A stretch of 60,233 bases of DNA, counting the filler, from Globobulimina sp. (taxonomy: Eukaryota): NCBI GenBank assembly GCA_003354225.1. It is 13 parts of 13 records of this genome, joined end to end, with 100 filler letters (N's around TTAATTAATTAA, not from the genome) between each part and the next. Parts side by side here need not be neighbours in the genome. Positions count along the whole stretch, not along the records: positions 46,422 to 50,959 come from PIVH01001148.1; positions 51,060 to 55,596 come from PIVH01001149.1; positions 55,697 to 60,233 come from PIVH01001150.1; 10 more parts are not named here. One strand, 5' to 3'. Below the pieces are notes generated by a model. The model worked only from the letters and a program-made list of their open reading frames with translations, was not told the DNA's origin and searched no databases. Position numbers and translations under genes: made by a program. Below, in pieces: positions 47,783 to 59,300 of this stretch. The first letter of the stretch is position 1, and the number at the start of each line of letters is the position of its first letter.

Positions 47783-48967
47783 TCAATTTTGTAGAATAAA
47801 TGCCCAGTTAAATGCATCCACAGCACTGACCTGCGCGACACAAGCAATTGGTGTAGAAACCCAGGACGCATTCCAAACCGCAGAAAATTCCGCATAACAT
47901 TGCGGATTCATAGCATTTTGATATATTGCCTTCATTTGGTTATTCACAAACGATATAATTTCTTGTTTAATATTTGCATATTTATTAGTACTATCGGTTA
48001 AAATTACATTTTGATAAAAATACATCAAATATCTCATAAATATCCCTTTAAACTGTGATTGATCACCGCTTGATTCCACCGCTCTGTCTGATTCTTGTTC
48101 GTGTAATATATTATTTATGCCATTTTTCTGTGTCACTAAATTCTTCATCACAGATTGAATAATATTCCATGATACGTCCACAAAGCTCGCATTATGATTA
48201 TCAATCAAATACATTTCGGCTAAACCACCTAATATTACACCTTGATTATATAACCATTCTGTTTGATGATTGTTGTTACAATTTTGCTTATTTGAACTAT
48301 CCATTCCGTCATTAATTAACCACTGTTGATTTATCATTGATTTTCCTGCTAAATTACCGTTTTGATAAAACCAATTCCATAATAAATTGAATTCATTCCT
48401 ATATTTTACATCATTTGTAAGTTTATATAATTTGGCAGTATTCACCAAACCTTGTTCATTGGTTATTGCATTTTTATAATCATTTGGTTTCCAAAATAAA
48501 CCACCACCACAAGTTGATGTATCCCACGCATTTTGCCAAACATAATCGAAAAATTGCTGCGCTTTGGTTAAATATGTTTTGTCGCCTTTATATTCATATA
48601 AACGTATCATTGTTAACGACCACCATTGAATGTCGTCAAAACCTTGCTGGATTCGCGTGGTCTGAGCCTTTGTTACCTCATTGATTGTATTGATAATATC
48701 TTCGCCGCAGAGGTTTGATAACTGGCAGTAATTTATTAATCCTTCGACGGTATTTGCCCAATTCCACCAACCTCCATCATCGTTAAACTTTTGGGATCGT
48801 GAATTATAAAATAACTGTTGCACATTATTTACAGCACGACATGAGATATATTGATTTGATAATTTTAAATTGGCACATGCGGGCGGAACGGTTCCGTTAT
48901 TACAATAATTTTGAGCCGAGGCAATATTATATATTGCCAATAAACAAACAGCAAGAAAGGAAGGCAT
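47783..48967 (-). CDS. Secreted glycoside hydrolase family 76 (alpha-1,6-mannanase-like)
   Basis: FDDIQWW, CGGGLFW, YKNAITN, WLYNQGVILG, QFKGIF; signal peptide. Confidence 0.9.
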   Translation of the reverse strand: MPSFLAVCLLAIYNIASAQNYCNNGTVPPACANLKLSNQYISCRAVNNVQQLFYNSRSQKFNDDGGWWNWANTVEGLINYCQLSNLCGEDIINTINEVTKAQTTRIQQGFDDIQWWSLTMIRLYEYKGDKTYLTKAQQFFDYVWQNAWDTSTCGGGLFWKPNDYKNAITNEQGLVNTAKLYKLTNDVKYRNEFNLLWNWFYQNGNLAGKSMINQQWLINDGMDSSNKQNCNNNHQTEWLYNQGVILGGLAEMYLIDNHNASFVDVSWNIIQSVMKNLVTQKNGINNILHEQESDRAVESSGDQSQFKGIFMRYLMYFYQNVILTDSTNKYANIKQEIISFVNNQMKAIYQNAMNPQCYAEFSAVWNASWVSTPIACVAQVSAVDAFNWAFILQN

Positions 48968-49008
48968 TGCTCAGTGACAAGAATTGACTGGGTCTGGTAA
49001 CTACGAAG

Positions 49009-49704
49009 TTAACCAAAAATAACACTTTGCAATGATAAATAATTCTCATCATTGTGTGATTTTGAACCGATAAAATCGGCCCAAATGAGTATACCGTCAG
49101 ATTGCAATACATTGGCTGCAAAGTCACACACTTTCTCAAAATAATTTTGAACGTGATTTATTGCAATTTGACTAAAAACATGTGTATATTTATTATAATG
49201 TTTTTCATCCAAACCATCCACAAACGAATTACATTCAAATGTACATCTTTTTTGTAAGTCCGTATCATTTTCTTTTAGCAGCAATCTCATTGCTTCTTCA
49301 ATATGATATTCAGTTAAATCTATGCCTAACATATAACATTGAGTCAACTTTGATATTTCAATGGATGGGCCACCTTTACCACAACCAAAATCAATTACAT
49401 TTGAGGCGGAACTTATATTACTTTTAGCAATCATATATTTACTTAATTCTGACGCTGACTCAACGAATGATAATTTTGGCAATGACGAATCGAGTAAATG
49501 TGGGAAATAACCAGGATGAAAATTACTTTCTCCCCATAACTCATTGTATAATGATGCATTCTCACTATCACTATAATAATTGGTTATATTTGCATATTGA
49601 GATAATATGCTTTGAGAACATAAACAACGTCCATTTGCAGCCTTATTCATCAGTCTTGCTGAGTGACGTCTGGTTACTGTTTGTAGTGATTTTATTGATC
49701 TCAT
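49009..49704 (-). CDS. Class I SAM-dependent methyltransferase (possibly C-terminally truncated)
   Basis: LWGESNFHPGYF, VIDFGCGKG, LGIDLT, LQSDGILIWADF. Confidence 0.75.
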   Translation of the reverse strand: MRSIKSLQTVTRRHSARLMNKAANGRCLCSQSILSQYANITNYYSDSENASLYNELWGESNFHPGYFPHLLDSSLPKLSFVESASELSKYMIAKSNISSASNVIDFGCGKGGPSIEISKLTQCYMLGIDLTEYHIEEAMRLLLKENDTDLQKRCTFECNSFVDGLDEKHYNKYTHVFSQIAINHVQNYFEKVCDFAANVLQSDGILIWADFIGSKSHNDENYLSLQSVIFG

Positions 49705-50074
49705 TTTGACGCAGAATTAGTTTGATATGAAACTAATGAAAGATTATGAGAGAGTTAGAGTTAAACTAAAAGTTTTTTACAAGAAAAAAACAACGTATTT
49801 ATTAACGTTTCTATTGTGACTGTTAAACTACTGTCATTGTAGTCAGTGTCAAGATTTTGACAGTAAAGGTATTCAGAAGCAGCAAAAAGGCGACATTTAC
49901 AAAATTAAATATAAAGTAATTAAATAAACGGATCGCTATTTACAATTAAATATATAAATAAATAAATCAAATGTACTTAAATAAATGTTCTTAAATAAAT
50001 GAATGGTTCGGTTCGGATTCATATCAGTTTATAATATTGAGACTAATTCAGTCGTTTCTGTAATGTTACAGCAG

Positions 50075-50482
50075 TTATTCGGTAACAACTACTGGTTTAA
50101 TTTCAGAAGATAAGGTTGGTTTAGTCTCTTGTAATAAGATAGCTTCATTCAAAGCAGTTGCAACATCTGCGCATTCATCAATTAATAATTTAATTAATGG
50201 CTGACTTAACTCGATAACAATAAAATGGCCCGAATCATGCGCATCTTTTAAAGTTTTAACAGAAATATGTTGATTTACTGATTCTAAATCTGTTGCCAAA
50301 TCTATACTTATATCAGAAAAATCAACTAAATCAGTTATATTGACGCCATTCTGTAGATCATAAGTCTGTTTCTCACCTGATGTAATTTGATGTGTTCCTA
50401 AGTCAAATGGTAAAGTATTAGTTGCATCGAATTGAGCTTTGATTGATGGTGATTGAGCTGTGTTGTTTGATGTTTTTTTCAT
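50075..50482 (-). CDS. Hypothetical protein
   Basis: ORF with protein-like composition from MKKTSNN; no motif recognised. Confidence 0.35.
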   Translation of the reverse strand: MKKTSNNTAQSPSIKAQFDATNTLPFDLGTHQITSGEKQTYDLQNGVNITDLVDFSDISIDLATDLESVNQHISVKTLKDAHDSGHFIVIELSQPLIKLLIDECADVATALNEAILLQETKPTLSSEIKPVVVTE

Positions 50483-52501
50483 TTTGATATTATTAATGTT
50501 TAAGAATAGTAATAAATTAATTATAAGAAGTAAAGTTAATAATGAGTGAACATTATGAATCTCATAATTATCTGCCAATTTTATCATTTCTCTTGCATTC
50601 ACTCATAATTAGCGCCAAATCACAATCAATCTACATTAGCGTACAGATATAAAATATGGAAGAATTGAATTATTTTCGAATCATTCGCACTTTCTTACTG
50701 TTCAACTGTTAAAGCTACAGTTTTCAGCAAAAATGCCAAATGAAGATAGTTGAAATAATGAATGATTTAATAAAATTATTTAAGAAAAAATAATAATACA
50801 ATTTGATTTAATTTTGATTATAAGTGTTAAGGAGAGACGATATTTGTCGAACAATATCATCTGTTGCTGTTGCTGTTGCATTATTTCTTTGTTGTTGATT
50901 CGCAGCATTGTTATTTCTAATATTTGCGCCATGTTCATCCAGCTGTTCACATACATCCANNNNNNNNNNNNNNNNNNNNNNNNNNNNNNNNNNNNNNNNN
51001 NNNTTAATTAATTAANNNNNNNNNNNNNNNNNNNNNNNNNNNNNNNNNNNNNNNNNNNNTCGTAGCTAGCAGCAGCAGGCAGGGCAGCAACTTGCGCTAT
51101 TTTTGTTATTTTATTTATTTATATATATAAGATTTGAGGAAGAGCGGAAGAAAAAAAGAGAGAGATATGAATCCAATATACCAATTTTTAATAAAGAAGA
51201 AAGAATAAATAAATAAATAAACCAAATCAATCCATAAAATGACGTTGTCGAGACAGCCTCAGCCGAATTAGGAACCTGTCAGGCACTGAGTTATAAAGAG
51301 ACGAAAAGGCATGACCCCAAGTTTCGACTCTAGTTACTGTCAGTTAAAGGCGACAACGTGTATTTTGGCCAACGACGGTTGATATTTGAGCCAAAACACC
51401 TATCCGTAATATTCGCACCAAAATAATCAAAATTATAATCACCAAAACCATTTTATAATAACCATGCTGCATTTCAATGTCTCTGAAAAAAGTGTTAAGT
51501 TGAAGTTTTTGTTTGACTAAAAAAAAGCAAGATTTTTACATTTAACTACAGTCAATAGATTATATTTGTTGCTTATTATTTACGAATACTGTATGGATGC
51601 CATTAACAACCAATGCCATGGACAATGTTTCGTATGAAACAAAATCGGAAAAAAAGGAAAAGGGAAAGAAAATACAATTGAATATGGAAAGATAAACACA
51701 GTAAATTGATGTTGGATGTTATCATTAGTGAAATACAGAAAACGAGAATATCACACACCATATCAAAACATTTTTGTTTAACCACTGCTTTTTATGTTAA
51801 CACAGTGATAAGTCTTTATTGCTGGAAAAATTGGTGAGAAAAGTAAATTTCTTAAATATGAAGTTAGTCGAGTAAATGATGATATTATGATTGAACAAAA
51901 TAATTTATACTTGTTTTCAAAATATACTTTTGGGATTTTGGAACTCTGCGATTCTGTTTCTCTGCAACGAATTTGTTACCATAGAACGTTTTTGAGACAC
52001 AGCAATTCATTTGTATATTGATGCAAAGTTCTAAAAGTCCGGGAATTCCTAAAAACGACAATGATTATGAAAAGAAACTGAGCGACAATGATTTTGAAAA
52101 TTAGTATAATGCGAAATTTTGTTTATTCAGAAAATAATATTAATTGAATTACATTTTAAAAGTAATCTTTCATTTTTATGTTGCGTGCTGTTATGTATTT
52201 AAATTTCAATTGAGCGCAAAGCATTGCTGGTTGCTGGCAAAAACAATAATATCTAAGATCTTAAAAAAAAATAATCATCCCAATCACAACCGACAGCCAC
52301 CACAAACCCACCCTCCCGTTCCCTGCCAGCCACAACATAGCCCCCTGCCCGCCCCGCCAACCACAACACACCCGCACAGCCAGCCACAACCACTTGCAAT
52401 AATATCGAAATAACATTTATTTTGCTTAAGAAAAGAGAGTCCGAATGGGTAATTTTCTGCGTTTATAAAAAACAATCATACTTTTGTTATAGGCGATGAA
52501 T

Positions 52502-53482
52502 TCAGATTGAATATTTTTGCAACAAAAAGAAAACAAATGGTATTTCATAAAATTCGTTCCAAATATAAAAAATAATTGAAAATAATAAATGAAAAAAAAA
52601 GCAAAAAGCAACCAACCAAAAAATAACTTCCAAAAAGAATATTGATGTTCCAACTGCGACAACCAGCTCACAATGGTTTGATGTCCGATTCATTACTAAC
52701 AAAAAGCGATTCTCATTGACTTTCATATTGTGTTTCATCTTTAAAGTGCTGATCACTCCGATTTCTTGCGTATAAATATCACATTTTCGGATTTTAATAA
52801 TCCATTCATGACAGCCAGCATTTAACCCATTTGAGGACAACAAACATATTTTATCATTTAAAAAAGTAATCGAATCAAATGCCACCGCAAACTTTGGTTT
52901 CTTTTTCTTTTTCTTTTTCTTTTTTTCTTCAAATTTCTGATTCTGAACAATATGTTTGCGAATTATCACTGCGTCATTAGATTCTATATATTTTTCATCT
53001 GAATTTGCTTTTTTCTCTTCTGGAAAGGACGGTTTTTTCATACAAAAAAATTGCGGTGGATTCGCGATAACTATGGCTGGCGAATAAATATCTAATGATG
53101 GAGTAAAAGCATCGCCGTCATCCGAACTCGACTCGATCACCGTATCATCACTTCTCAGTCGATCGAGATGGAGTTTGGCGTCATTTAGTTTACTTTCATT
53201 ATTATTATAATCCGATTTTTTCAACGTTGCAGTAAATGGTAATGGTTGGCGATAAAACATATATTGGATATCTTTGGATGAAAATTGTTCAGATTGCATT
53301 ATTTTGTCGACTGCGACATCATTTATAGAAAGTAACACATCGCCAATCATAATTCCTAATTTAGCGCCAAGCGAATTTTCAATCACATTGAATGCAATAT
53401 TTTCCTTTTTACCGTCGTAGGAAATGAGAACAAATGCAACGCCTAACAGTCGTTGTGTGATTTCTACCGAATAGTTAGCCAT
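52502..53482 (-). CDS. PDZ-domain protein with the start of a SPRY-like domain; true coding likely ends or splices near 52700
   Basis: LGVAF..NVIENSLGAKLGIMIGDVLLSIND (PDZ); GCHEWIIKI..QEIGVI; the tail is low-complexity. Confidence 0.65.
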   Translation of the reverse strand: MANYSVEITQRLLGVAFVLISYDGKKENIAFNVIENSLGAKLGIMIGDVLLSINDVAVDKIMQSEQFSSKDIQYMFYRQPLPFTATLKKSDYNNNESKLNDAKLHLDRLRSDDTVIESSSDDGDAFTPSLDIYSPAIVIANPPQFFCMKKPSFPEEKKANSDEKYIESNDAVIIRKHIVQNQKFEEKKKKKKKKKPKFAVAFDSITFLNDKICLLSSNGLNAGCHEWIIKIRKCDIYTQEIGVISTLKMKHNMKVNENRFLLVMNRTSNHCELVVAVGTSIFFLEVIFWLVAFCFFFHLLFSIIFYIWNEFYEIPFVFFLLQKYSI

Positions 53483-53527
53483 AGTCAGTGACTCAGTAAA
53501 CAAAAAACAAAAAACAGTGACTAAAGA

Positions 53528-55090
53528 ATGGAATCTCTGTCCTCTTCCTCTTTACCGACTGAATCTGAATCGGATTCATCACTTATTAATCGGTCCGATG
53601 ATATGGAGAGAAGAATCGAATCAAACCCCGAACCAAAAATATTCACTTGGTACATTAATTTTGCATTCTGGACGCCTGGGCCGTACATTATTGTCGCTCT
53701 TTGGTTTTGCACCATTTTAGTTGGCATATTTTATGGCTTCGAAATGTTAAATTTGACAGAAATGGTTTTTAAAGCGCCAAATGGCACTGATGGCGCTAAG
53801 GCGGACGATCAAATGTTGCAACAATTCGAAGCCCGAGAAAATGAGCTGCAGCTTCTTTTATATTATAGCTGTTCAACATGCGGCGCAGTTACGTCATCTA
53901 CAAATTGGATATACAAAAATCAAAATTAAAAAATCATGCATCACCAAAATTTTTAAACAAAAAAGCAGGGAAATTCCGCCATTGAATTGATAGGTCCCAC
54001 AAAGAACGGAAGTAGCACTCCAACCATGCACACAATGTCGGACAAATTGCAAGAATGGCTGGCATCGCAGGGACCATTCGTGTCCTATTCGGACTATTAT
54101 ACAACCACAGCAATGTACAATGGCAGCAATGGCAACATGACCATGGTCGCAGATTTATTCTTCATCAGTGCTTCCAACGCGTCTGCTGTTGGCATCATCA
54201 CTTTTGATAACACCAAAGGAGAGACCGACAAGAACCGATTGGTGGACGACACGCACGACAAATGCAACGAAATCACGCACGAATACGGAGCTGGCACAAT
54301 TACAGTGGAACTGACTGGACTTAACGCATTGGTGAAAGCGATGGCTGACCAGTCCAGAACCGATGTGGGTGTCAACTGCATCATGTTGGTGCCGTTTGCT
54401 TTATGCGTCTTGGCATTGGTGATTCGATCGTGGCGGTTGATGCTGATACCGGTCATATGTTTTATCATTTCGATCTGTGCTTCTTTCTCCATTCTGCGAC
54501 CAGTTTAGTTCGCTTGTTCTATAATTATATGCATTTACGTTACATATTTGCTATTTGCTAAATTGTAGTTTGCCGAACATGTGCTAGCAATCTCTCCCTT
54601 TTGCCCAGCGATTATGATGGCACTTACGGTGGCGATGAGCATTGATTATTCCTTGTTTTTGTTGTCCAGATTTGTGGAGGAGACCCAACGTAAAAAGGCA
54701 ATGATGATCAAACACGAGACCCGCATAGCCATTACGCGTGAAGCTGTTCGGCAGAGTACGCGATGGAGCGGCAAAGTCATTGCCTTGTCCGGATGCATAT
54801 TATCATTAACGTTTTTTGGCTTACTTTTCTATAATGTCAATCTACTGCAATCTGTGGGTTTGGGTTGTGGCTTGGCGGTGATTTGCACCATTTTAGTCAA
54901 TTTGACCTGTACGCCGTCGCTCATATTGATTTTTCCAAACTTTTTCAACAAATTTGGATGGGCGGGCTGTCCCTGTGAGAAAATATCAATTTGTACGAGA
55001 AAAGAAAAGCATTCAAACCAACAATTGCTTATAAATGAAGCATCGGAGTCTGGCCAATCAGCGATATCAGTTTTGCGCTTTCAACAATAA
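53528..55090 (+). CDS. MMPL/RND-family membrane protein, spliced; only the N-terminal half is present
   Basis: VELTGLNAL, AMSIDYSLFLLSRFVEE, SGKVIALSG, LQSVGLG, NLTCTPSL spread over three ORFs separated by intron-like gaps. Confidence 0.8.
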
Positions 55091-55696
55091 CAGCACAATC
55101 TCGTCGTGTCCGCGATGACAGGCTTGGATTAATGGCGACCCATTGTCGCACTGGATAGGATGGGATAGGATGGGATTTATATAATTATTATTATTATTTA
55201 TTATCAACCAATTCGATCCGCAATCCGCCACACGCCATCGTCCTGATAATATTATATTTGTTACATTCACAAAACACAAAACAAAACAAAACAAAAACAT
55301 AATCAAAACGTATCTTGCTTTTCCAGGTCACATGATTTAAGACCGAGGCAGCTTACTACAGTTTTTCAACATATCTTAACATTTTGTGGCTTATTTAGAT
55401 GGCATGTACAAACAAAAGGGAATTATAATTTGATGATTAGGAAATTGCAATTAATTCTAACGTAATTTAATAACTCGTCGTAGCTAGCAGCAGCAGGCAG
55501 GGCAGCAACTTGCGCTATTTTTGTTATTTTATTTATTTATATATATAAGATTTGAGGAAGAGCGGAAGAAAAAAAGAGAGAGATATGAATCCAATANNNN
55601 NNNNNNNNNNNNNNNNNNNNNNNNNNNNNNNNNNNNNNNNTTAATTAATTAANNNNNNNNNNNNNNNNNNNNNNNNNNNNNNNNNNNNNNNNNNNN

Positions 55697-56367
55697 TATT
55701 AAGACATTTAGTTGATAAATATACGACTGAAACAGACAGCAGAGGGCGCAATTTATATCACGGAATATCATGCGTAAGTGCGCCGATTGTAACTGAAATA
55801 GATAATTTGAAAAAACAAATAATTGATTTAGAAGAAAGACTAAAAGATTTAACCACTAAATCTCAGTCCAGGTATGAATCTGAGTCAGATAAAACGAAAG
55901 CAGATGAAATATTATTAGATATTAAAGGAGTTATTAAGGGATCAGACAATGACAGGAGAAATTGGCAAAAAGCCAAAAATACTTTCTATGTCCGACCAAC
56001 TATACAATCACGAGTAAATTCAGTTCCTGAAAGGAAATATATGCAAAAATATGAAAAATTAACTAATAAGCCTGAATTGGAATTAAAATTACAAAAATGC
56101 GGGCGTGAAATATATCATGGAATATCATGTATATGTACACCCTTCGACAATGACTTATCAATTATGTCATGCTTCGATTATCATGTAGAATTATGCATTA
56201 GCTCCGAGTCAACATGGGCATATTGGGGAAAGCATTATAGACCTAATGGGTGGATTAATTCAATCTCAACATCCGATAATATTAATAAACATAGTACAGG
56301 AAGGATTAGATCGGCATTTAGAACAAGTAATAAATCATTAACATATGACCCTAGTAAGGGAAACTAG
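55697..56367 (+). CDS. LINE B ORF1 C-terminal part
   Basis: Open from the contig edge to TAG 56365-56367; coiled coil and a duplicated GRxxYHGISC motif. Confidence 0.7.
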
Positions 56368-56381
56368 CAAGGGACGGCAAA
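56358..56381 (+). promoter_or_regulatory. Putative -1 programmed frameshift cassette: G_GGA_AAC, 6-nt spacer, GGGACGGCAAA
   Basis: Canonical X_XXY_YYZ heptamer in ORF1 phase, directly before the stop; ORF2 is in the -1 frame. Confidence 0.75.
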
Positions 56382-59300
56382 ACCCGAATACACATTAATA
56401 TTAATAACGACGAAAGTAAAGAAAAAATTAAAGATGAAATTGAAACAATTAAAGATAGAAAAGAATTCAAAACTTTATCTATTTTATATAATAATATTTG
56501 TTCTATTAAAAATAAATTTGATTTGATTGATGAGAATATAAATAAATTAAAACCAATGTTGTTATGTTTTGTTGAAACTAGATTAAAAACTGTATTAGAT
56601 GTACATGACTATAATGAGTATGTCGGCTTCCATAAGATGCAAACAGGTAGGAAAACTGGTGGAATAAGTATATGGGGTCATGAAACTATCAAACCAACTA
56701 AACTAGATATTGACGGTTTTAATGATGACATTAGCAACCACTATTTATGGGTTTTATGCCAAAATGTAGGACCTGTAGCTATCTGTACTGTGTATTTCAA
56801 AAACCAAAGTAATAAAGATAATAATACACATTCATTCAACTTTGAATTAAGTCTTAGATTAATAAATCATATTAAATGGTGTATGAAACAAAACTATGAA
56901 ATCATCATAGTAGGTGATTTCAATGGTCATATTGGAAATGACATATATGGTATTAAAGGGAATCACGAAAACATAAATGATAATGGTTACTTAATAAGAG
57001 AATTTATTAAAAACTCCAATCTTATGCTTACAAATGATTCTGACAAAACGAAAGGCCTATGGACTTGGGGATTCCAAAAACAGAATACAAAACCTCAAAT
57101 ATTAGACCTTTTATTAAATTCTCATACGAGTAAAGTCAAATCTATGTATATAGATGAAACAAATACTCAATTAGGTACAGGAAATGCGGATCATTGTTTT
57201 ATCTATGCAGAATTTGACATTCTGCAAAATAAGAAAAACAAATCCGTTAATATTAATATTAATAATGACAAAAAGAGATGGAATATAACTGACGATATTA
57301 ATTGGAAACCATTCAAAGACAAATTAACTCAATTAGCAACAATTGAAGAAGAAGATATTGACGAAAATACTATATTGAATCATATAACAATTGCAGCCGA
57401 ACAAACAATTGGGTATAAAAAAAAACCCAATAAAAAAGCAAGACTGTCAATTAGAGCCAAAAAATTAAAATCAAAAATTACAGAATTAAGAAAGCAATTA
57501 AGACACGACAATGGTGACAAAAAGATATTATTAAAAGAACTATTTGAAACCATAAAAGATCAAAGAGAATTACGACAAAGATCTGAAATGGCAAGAGTAG
57601 AGAAGGCGCATAATAAATGGCTTGCTAATCCACGAAGAAAATTTCATCAATTATATAATACGATGAAACAATTAAAAAGAGGGATCAGAGAACCAGTAAC
57701 TTTATTAGATAATAATAAGGAACCAATATATGGTACCGAAAACAATAAAAATCATTTATCATCATTTTGGAACGATATTTTTACACTAGGCATCTGGCCT
57801 GAGGCAAACGACGAAATGAAACGAGTCGGATTAGATAATATAATAAAAGGAAATGACAGAATTGAATTAGAAAAAGATATAACAATTAAAGAATTAAATG
57901 AAGCCATATCCAGGCTAAAAAACGGCACTTCTGCAGGGACTACTAATATCCCTCCTGAATTCATAAAAAATTGGCCAGCAGAAATGAAAGAAAATGTGTT
58001 ATTACTCTTTAATAGATGGTATAATACAGGGTACTACCCAGATATTGGCAAAGTACAAGAAGTAACACTCTTACACAAAAAGGGATCAAAAAGTAAAATA
58101 ACAAACTACAGAACCCTGTGTTTAGGGTGTAATTTATGTAAAGTATATTTAACCATTCTCACAAAAAGATTAGAAAAAACAACTGAAGAGAAGAACATAT
58201 TAGGAAATATTCAACATGGATTTCGAGCCAATAAACGGATCGAAGACTGTATTTTGGTAATACAACATACAGTAATGAAAGCCAAAAGATTATCAAAAAT
58301 TAAGAAAAGCACCTTAGCTTTACTCGATATATGTAAAGCATATGATAGAGTATGGCGAAAGGGGCTGTGGAAAAAATTAAGAGACTATGGCTTCCCTGAA
58401 AAATTAGTGAGAGCTATAGAAAGTAGTTATCATAACCCACAAGCAGTAATATCGTTCCAAGACATAGTAACAGAAAAATTAGATATGGAAGTAGGTTTAA
58501 GACAAGGGTGTACAATGTCACCTAGCCTATGGAATCTATATATAGCTGACTTAGGCCGAGAAATAGAAAACAGTAATTTAGGAATTGAAATAGGATCTGA
58601 AGAATGCTCAAAAATAATTTCTGGTATATTCTTTGCAGATGACATGTTATTATTTGCCTCTTCAGAATACAATATGACAAAATTATTAAAAATAGTTGGC
58701 AATTATGCTCAACGTTGGAAAATTGAATTCTCAGGTCCCAAGAGTTTAATTATTCCTATGAAAAGAAATATAGATAGCGAAAAGCTATGGCAATTAGGAA
58801 CAATGTATATATCAGAATCTGACACTAAAACTATTAATATTAAAGAAGAGAAAGAAGCGAAATATCTAGGAATCACCATTGCCAAATCAGGAGTAGATAT
58901 ATTATCACAACATAGAAAGGAATTAGCTGTAAAAACAAGGAAGGAAGTATATAAATGCTTCCAACCAGCATCAGCAACAGCAAGACAAGCCGTATATGGC
59001 ACAAAAATTTGGACAACTTATGTACAACCAAAAGTACTACATGGTATCTCTGCTATAGAATATACCAATAATACTTTTAAAAAAGTTGAAGTCCAACAAA
59101 GAGAATTTATTAGAATGATAGCTAAACTTCCAAGACATACCCATAGAGCGGTATTATATGGAGAAACAGAAATTATGCCTATGCAAATGGAAGCAGATAA
59201 AAGGACAATTAATTATTTATCTCATGTACTAAAACTTAATAATAACAATTTAGTTAAAATAGCTATAAATGAACAATTAATAACTTTTTATAACTATCCA

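Larger units (their letters stand above)
51060..55596. repeat. 119-bp terminal direct repeat (51060-51178 = 55478-55596), so the contig closes as a circle
   Basis: Exact sequence identity at both contig ends. Confidence 0.9.
4545..55696. other. Twelve artificial 100-nt contig spacers (N-run + TTAATTAATTAA + N-run) at 4545-4644, 9189-9288, 13832-13931, 18475-18574, 23118-23217, 27760-27859, 32401-32500, 37042-37141, 41683-41782, 46322-46421, 50960-51059, 55597-55696
   Basis: Identical linker with stops in all six frames; flanking contigs shrink steadily from 4544 to 4537 bp. Confidence 0.98.
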
